This document shows, piece after piece, positions 59,593-64,000 of a DNA stretch of 64,000 bases; the first letter of the stretch is position 1, and every line of letters begins with the position of its first letter. Source of the stretch: a bacterium (GTDB lineage Bacteria; Patescibacteriota; Minisyncoccia; Phycocordibacterales; JAUSHB01); NCBI GenBank assembly GCA_030648955.1, contig JAUSHB010000013.1:76675-140674 (forward strand). Reading direction: 5' to 3'. A program made the position numbers and the translations under genes. The notes below the pieces were generated by a model. That model did not search any database. It saw only the letters and a list, made by a program, of their open reading frames with translations, and was not told where the DNA came from.

Positions 59593-61419
59593 ATGAAAAT
59601 TCATACCACAAAACATACAAGCATCAATTCATCACACAAGCGCGGTGCCGCGCTTACTATTGCTGTTCTATTTTTTGTTCTTATTTCGATCGCAATCGTT
59701 ATGGGATCGATAAATCCCGTCATAAATGATTTTAAGTCTGGGAGTGAACTCATAAATTCAAAGCTTTCGTATTTTACCGCCGAAGCGGGGAATGAAGACG
59801 CAATCTATCGCACCAAGAAAGGCAAGCAAATGTCGAGTCCCGAGGTCACAGTTTTGAATGGCGGAACAGTTTCTGCTACAGTTGTGGACATTAGTTCAAC
59901 TGATAAGGAAGTGACGTCAAATAGTACCGTATATTCTCTTGCGCGTAACGTAAAAACAGTCCTGAATACGGGGGTGGGATCTGACTTTGTGTATGGCGCG
60001 CAAGTGGGCGAGGGAGGTTTGGTTATGAGTAATGGCACACAGGTTAAGGGAACGGGTGGCGCGGTAGGAAATGTGTATAGCAATGGTCCGATTTCCGGTT
60101 CAGGAAGTGCAAATATCACAGGGAGTGCAACTGTTGCAACAAGTGTACTACTCGACAGCAATCAATCTAATGTTTGTAACCAAGATAACATTTTAGGACA
60201 AACGAACCCTCAAATTGATTTTGCGCAAAGTTTTGTTCCTACACAATCAAAACCGATTTACAAAGTAAGTCTCTATATTAAAAAGGTGGGTTCCTCAAAT
60301 CCTCCCACTGCGTATGTAAAAATTGTTGCAGATAACGCGGGGTCCCCGGCAACAAGCGCTCTCGCAAGCGCAACTCTTCCGGTTGCACTAGTTACTACTA
60401 CATATGGGTGGGTAGACATAACCTTTTCAAGTCCCTATGCTGTTACTGCGGGACAGAAATACTGGCTTCTTATTGATGCGGGTCAAAATTCAACCAGATA
60501 TTGGGTGTGGTGTGGTGATTCAAATAATGGTTCGGGGAATGGTTTGGGAAAATACAAGCAAACATGGAGTACGAGCGGAACCTGGACACAAATCACGGGT
60601 GATCTCAATATTAAAACATATCTTGGCGCAGGACCGGGTACTATAAATAGCGTTGCTGTTGCTGGTAATGCATATGCAAATACTGTCACGAATAGTACTA
60701 TAACTGGGTCACTGTACTGTCAAACTGGTTCGGGAAACAATAAGTCGTGTAACACGGGATTAGCAGATCCTGCTCCACTCAACATGCCCCTCTCACAAGG
60801 AAATATTGACCAATGGAAGACAGATGCCGCTGATGGCGGAACAATTACGGGGAATTGCGGTGATTCAGGAGATCCTTCGTGCACCATAGCGAGCGGAAGC
60901 ACACTTTCATTAGGACCAAAAAAGATTGTGGGGAATCTCACTCTTACCAATACTCGCATGCTTAATATAACAGGAGTACTCTATGTGACGGGGACGGTAA
61001 ACATTTCAAATAACGGGGTTATTAAATGTGATGTGTCATTTGGTACTGATAGTTGTGTCTTGATCACCGATGGATCCATTGATGTAAGTAATAATGGCGT
61101 CGTGAATGGTTCTGGACAAACAGGGAGCTACGTCCTTATGGTTTCGACCATATCGGGATGTAATGGAAGTGGAGGAAGTGGATGCGCTCCTAGTTCGTCT
61201 GGTATTAACCTCGGGAATAATCTTGATGGCGGAATTTTTTATACGACAAATTCCATGATTAACATTTCAAATAACGCGGGAATAAAAGCGGTGGTTGGGT
61301 ATAAACTTAATCTATCAAATAATGTTGAAATTGAATACGAACAAGGTGTTGCAAATACGAATTTCTCATCGGGGCCGGGCGGAGGATGGAATGTAAAAAG
61401 TTGGAGTGAAGTGCAGTGA
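59593..61419 (+). CDS. PilX-like minor pilin with large beta-rich adhesin region
   Basis: RG|AALTI, YFTAEAG.EDA, C-terminal SWSEV. Confidence 0.82.
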   Translation: MKIHTTKHTSINSSHKRGAALTIAVLFFVLISIAIVMGSINPVINDFKSGSELINSKLSYFTAEAGNEDAIYRTKKGKQMSSPEVTVLNGGTVSATVVDISSTDKEVTSNSTVYSLARNVKTVLNTGVGSDFVYGAQVGEGGLVMSNGTQVKGTGGAVGNVYSNGPISGSGSANITGSATVATSVLLDSNQSNVCNQDNILGQTNPQIDFAQSFVPTQSKPIYKVSLYIKKVGSSNPPTAYVKIVADNAGSPATSALASATLPVALVTTTYGWVDITFSSPYAVTAGQKYWLLIDAGQNSTRYWVWCGDSNNGSGNGLGKYKQTWSTSGTWTQITGDLNIKTYLGAGPGTINSVAVAGNAYANTVTNSTITGSLYCQTGSGNNKSCNTGLADPAPLNMPLSQGNIDQWKTDAADGGTITGNCGDSGDPSCTIASGSTLSLGPKKIVGNLTLTNTRMLNITGVLYVTGTVNISNNGVIKCDVSFGTDSCVLITDGSIDVSNNGVVNGSGQTGSYVLMVSTISGCNGSGGSGCAPSSSGINLGNNLDGGIFYTTNSMINISNNAGIKAVVGYKLNLSNNVEIEYEQGVANTNFSSGPGGGWNVKSWSEVQ

Positions 61420-61516
61420 TATTGTTGCTTGTGCGTATCATAAAAAACACACCCAGTAAGGTGTGTTTTTTACAATACGACAAGACAGTATATGAAGAAA
61501 ATGCTAAAATATCGAT

Positions 61517-62296
61517 ATGAAGAAGAAAAAAATCATTGTTGGAAATTGGAAAATGGCGCCACAGACCATCGAGGAGGCAAAAAAGACTTTTGCGGGAATT
61601 AAAAAAATCGCGAGTACGTTGCGTAATGTCGATACGATTGTGTGCCCCCCATTTGTATTTGTGCATGAGCTTGGCAAACGAATTTCGGGGAAGCGATGTT
61701 TAATTGGTGCACAAGATGTGTTTTGGAAAGAAGAGGGTGCTTATACGGGAGAAATTTCCCCCTTGATGCTTCGTTCACTGGGTGCACGATATGTAATCGT
61801 GGGACACTCGGAACGGCGTGCGCTCGGCGAGACAGATGAAATGGTTTCAAAAAAAGTTGATGCATCTCTGCGCGTGGGACTCATGGTAATTATTTGTGTT
61901 GGGGAGCTATCACGAGATCAACACGGCGAATATACAAAGCGAATCGAAGAACAGTTAAAACAATCCTTGTCACGAGTGCAAAAAAAATCACTCCAAAGTA
62001 TTATTATTGCCTATGAACCCGTATGGGCAATCGGCGCAAACGCAATCCGTTCAGCATCTCCCGAAGACGTGCTCGAAATTTCCATTCTTATCCGCAAAGT
62101 TCTTACCAATATGTTCGACCGAGAATCATCACACATTGTTCCGATACTTTACGGCGGATCTGTCGATGCAAAAAATTGCGGCAGTTTTATGCGTGAAGGA
62201 GGCGCAGATGGACTATTGGTTGGCCGCGCGAGTCTTGATGGAAAACAATTTGGAGAAATACTTAAAGTTGCGGAACAATCCGCAAAAAAGAAATAA
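61517..62296 (+). CDS. tpiA: Triosephosphate isomerase
   Basis: GNWKM, GHSERR, AYEPVWAIG, LYGGSV. Confidence 0.98.
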   Translation: MKKKKIIVGNWKMAPQTIEEAKKTFAGIKKIASTLRNVDTIVCPPFVFVHELGKRISGKRCLIGAQDVFWKEEGAYTGEISPLMLRSLGARYVIVGHSERRALGETDEMVSKKVDASLRVGLMVIICVGELSRDQHGEYTKRIEEQLKQSLSRVQKKSLQSIIIAYEPVWAIGANAIRSASPEDVLEISILIRKVLTNMFDRESSHIVPILYGGSVDAKNCGSFMREGGADGLLVGRASLDGKQFGEILKVAEQSAKKK

Positions 62297-62301
62297 CTAC
62301 C

Positions 62302-63444
62302 ATGCAAAAATTACCCTCTCTCGAAAACGCAAAAAATCTCAAAGGAAAACGCGTCCTTCTGAGGCTTGATTTCAATGTGCCCCTTAAGGGAGGAAGAGTG
62401 GTTGATGGGTATCGGATCAAATGTGCGCTTCCTACCATCAAGTTTTTGAAATCTCAAGGCGCAAAGACGATCATCATAAGCCACATCGGGAGTGATGGAG
62501 AAAAAAGTTTACGACCCGTAGCGCGTTATTTGAATAAAAAAATGAATGTGGGGTTTTACCCAAAGCTCGAAAGTCGCGATCTTCCGAATATTATTTCAGC
62601 AATGAAACATGGTGGTGTGATGATGCTTGAAAATTTGCGAAAAGATCCGGGGGAATTAAAGAATGATATGAATTTCGCAAAACGACTCGCCGTGCTGGGC
62701 GACGTCTATGTCAACGACGCATTTTCAGTATCGCACCGCGACCATGCATCGGTGGTCTTACTTCCCAAGCTTCTTCCTTCATATGCAGGATTTTTATTTG
62801 AGGATGAGGTGAGTCATCTTTCGCGCGCGCTTCGTCCGTCGCATCCGTTCCTTTTTATTTTAGGCGGCGCAAAATTTGGTACGAAAATTCCGCTCATTAA
62901 AAAATTTTTACGTGTTGCTGACAGAGTGTTTGTGGGCGGTGCGCTTGCTAATAATTTTTTCAAAGAGGCGGGATATGAGATTGGAACATCACTTTCCGAC
63001 AACGGTAATTTTAAACTAAAACCGCTTTTTAAAAATAAAAAACTCATAGTACCGTCTGACGTTATAGTAAAGACGAAAACGGAGACACTCGTGAAAGATA
63101 TAGGAAGTATCCGCGAGAGAGATTCTATTAAAGATGTGGGACCTAAAACAATTCGTGAAATTAAAAATGTTGTATCTCGGGCGAAATTCATTCTCTGGAA
63201 TGGGCCTCTCGGCAATTACGAAGAAGGGTTTGATAAAGGCACCATCGATCTTTTAAAAATTATTGCAAAGAGCAAGGCAGAATCGATTGTGGGCGGAGGA
63301 GATTCCCTCGCGCTGATTTCAAAACTTGGGTTTGAAAAGAAATTTACGTTTGTTTCCACCGGCGGCGGTGCCATGCTTGATTTTCTCGCGAACGGAACAC
63401 TTCCCGGCATCAAGGCGCTTCTCAACTCAAAAAAGAAATTATAG
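62302..63444 (+). CDS. pgk: Phosphoglycerate kinase
   Basis: RLDFNVP, LENLR, GGAK, WNGPLG, STGGGA. Confidence 0.98.
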   Translation: MQKLPSLENAKNLKGKRVLLRLDFNVPLKGGRVVDGYRIKCALPTIKFLKSQGAKTIIISHIGSDGEKSLRPVARYLNKKMNVGFYPKLESRDLPNIISAMKHGGVMMLENLRKDPGELKNDMNFAKRLAVLGDVYVNDAFSVSHRDHASVVLLPKLLPSYAGFLFEDEVSHLSRALRPSHPFLFILGGAKFGTKIPLIKKFLRVADRVFVGGALANNFFKEAGYEIGTSLSDNGNFKLKPLFKNKKLIVPSDVIVKTKTETLVKDIGSIRERDSIKDVGPKTIREIKNVVSRAKFILWNGPLGNYEEGFDKGTIDLLKIIAKSKAESIVGGGDSLALISKLGFEKKFTFVSTGGGAMLDFLANGTLPGIKALLNSKKKL

Positions 63445-63487
63445 AACATAAAAGATGCCGTCACATACCTTCTTTCTTTATATTATG

Positions 63488-63527
63488 TTATTATACATTT
63501 CAAGTCATGACTTGAAATGTATAATAA
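63488..63527. repeat. Perfect 40-bp palindrome upstream of the second PaaX-like gene
   Basis: ttattatacatttcaagtca|tgacttgaaatgtataataa. Confidence 0.88.
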
Positions 63528-63565
63528 TTCTATGGTCTGTGGGTAATCAATAAAGTAAAGAAGAT

Positions 63566-64000
63566 ATGAAAACATATAATAAGGGAGAACTTGCAAAAGA
63601 AATATTGAAAGGGCTTGCCCTTGGCGGATTTATCGTCGCATGTTTTGCTCTGCCGGGGCTTGCGCAGGTTGCGGTGTTGTTCAAGCCTAAAAAGTCATAC
63701 GACAAACACAGAATTTACCAAGCGGTTAAGGGGCTTCAAAAAAAGAAAATGGTAAGCATCTACGAAAAAGATGGTAAAGATGTCGTAGAAATCACTCAAG
63801 CGGGGAAGAGGAAAGTTCTCGAATACAATCTTGATGAGATGAAACTCAAGGTTCCCAAGAAGTGGGATGGATGGTGGCGCATGGTTATGTTTGACATTCC
63901 GCAAACAAAAAAAAGAGCTCGAGACGCTATCAGTTTCAAGATAAAAGAACTTGGCCTTTATCCAATCCAGAAATCAGTGTTTGTTTCGCCCTATCCATGC
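63566..64000 (+). CDS. Second PaaX-like (wHTH + Cas2-like) protein, running off the window end; absent from the ORF track
   Basis: Manual translation: MKTYNKGELAKEILKGLALGG...ALPGLAQV...WDGWWRMVMFDIP...LYPIQKSVFVSPYPC; paralog of 15999-16574. Confidence 0.88.
   Translation, partial: MKTYNKGELAKEILKGLALGGFIVACFALPGLAQVAVLFKPKKSYDKHRIYQAVKGLQKKKMVSIYEKDGKDVVEITQAGKRKVLEYNLDEMKLKVPKKWDGWWRMVMFDIPQTKKRARDAISFKIKELGLYPIQKSVFVSPYPC

Noticed and set aside
1-64000. Alternative genetic code (UGA=Gly)
   Set aside because: Conserved genes are full length in code 11 and several end in TGA.

Overview
Chromosomal window from a small-genome bacterium, most likely Patescibacteria/CPR of the Parcubacteria type (inference from gene content: PrgI/VirB4 locus with VirB2-like pilin, PPIase-less trigger factor, PaaX-like orphans, DUF5667 protein). 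TGA is used as stop, so standard code 11. It is probably origin-proximal: it opens with rnpA-yidD-yidC-jag, and has parS-like sites and DnaA-box-like motifs at 31.5-34 kb. Contents: a CPR-type T4SS-like operon (2.2-13.5 kb) interrupted by two four-helix-bundle genes; housekeeping genes (rsmA, pcrA, comM, rpsO, xer, cca, HU, rny, clpP, tig, ppa, nusA, tpiA, pgk); four tRNAs; a signalling cluster; and a type IV pilus locus. The most striking unexplained structure is non-coding. (1) Two wHTH/Cas2-like (PaaX-like) genes carry related 40-42 bp perfect palindromes, and one is bracketed by two copies. (2) Inverted 7-9-bp-period micro-repeat arrays bracket the four-helix-bundle genes and also occur gene-less at many gene junctions. 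(3) Small palindromes are nested inside each other and inserted in frame into rnpA, jag and rsmA. (4) There are tRNA-derived structured elements. All calls come from reading sequence and motifs by eye; no database searches were run.
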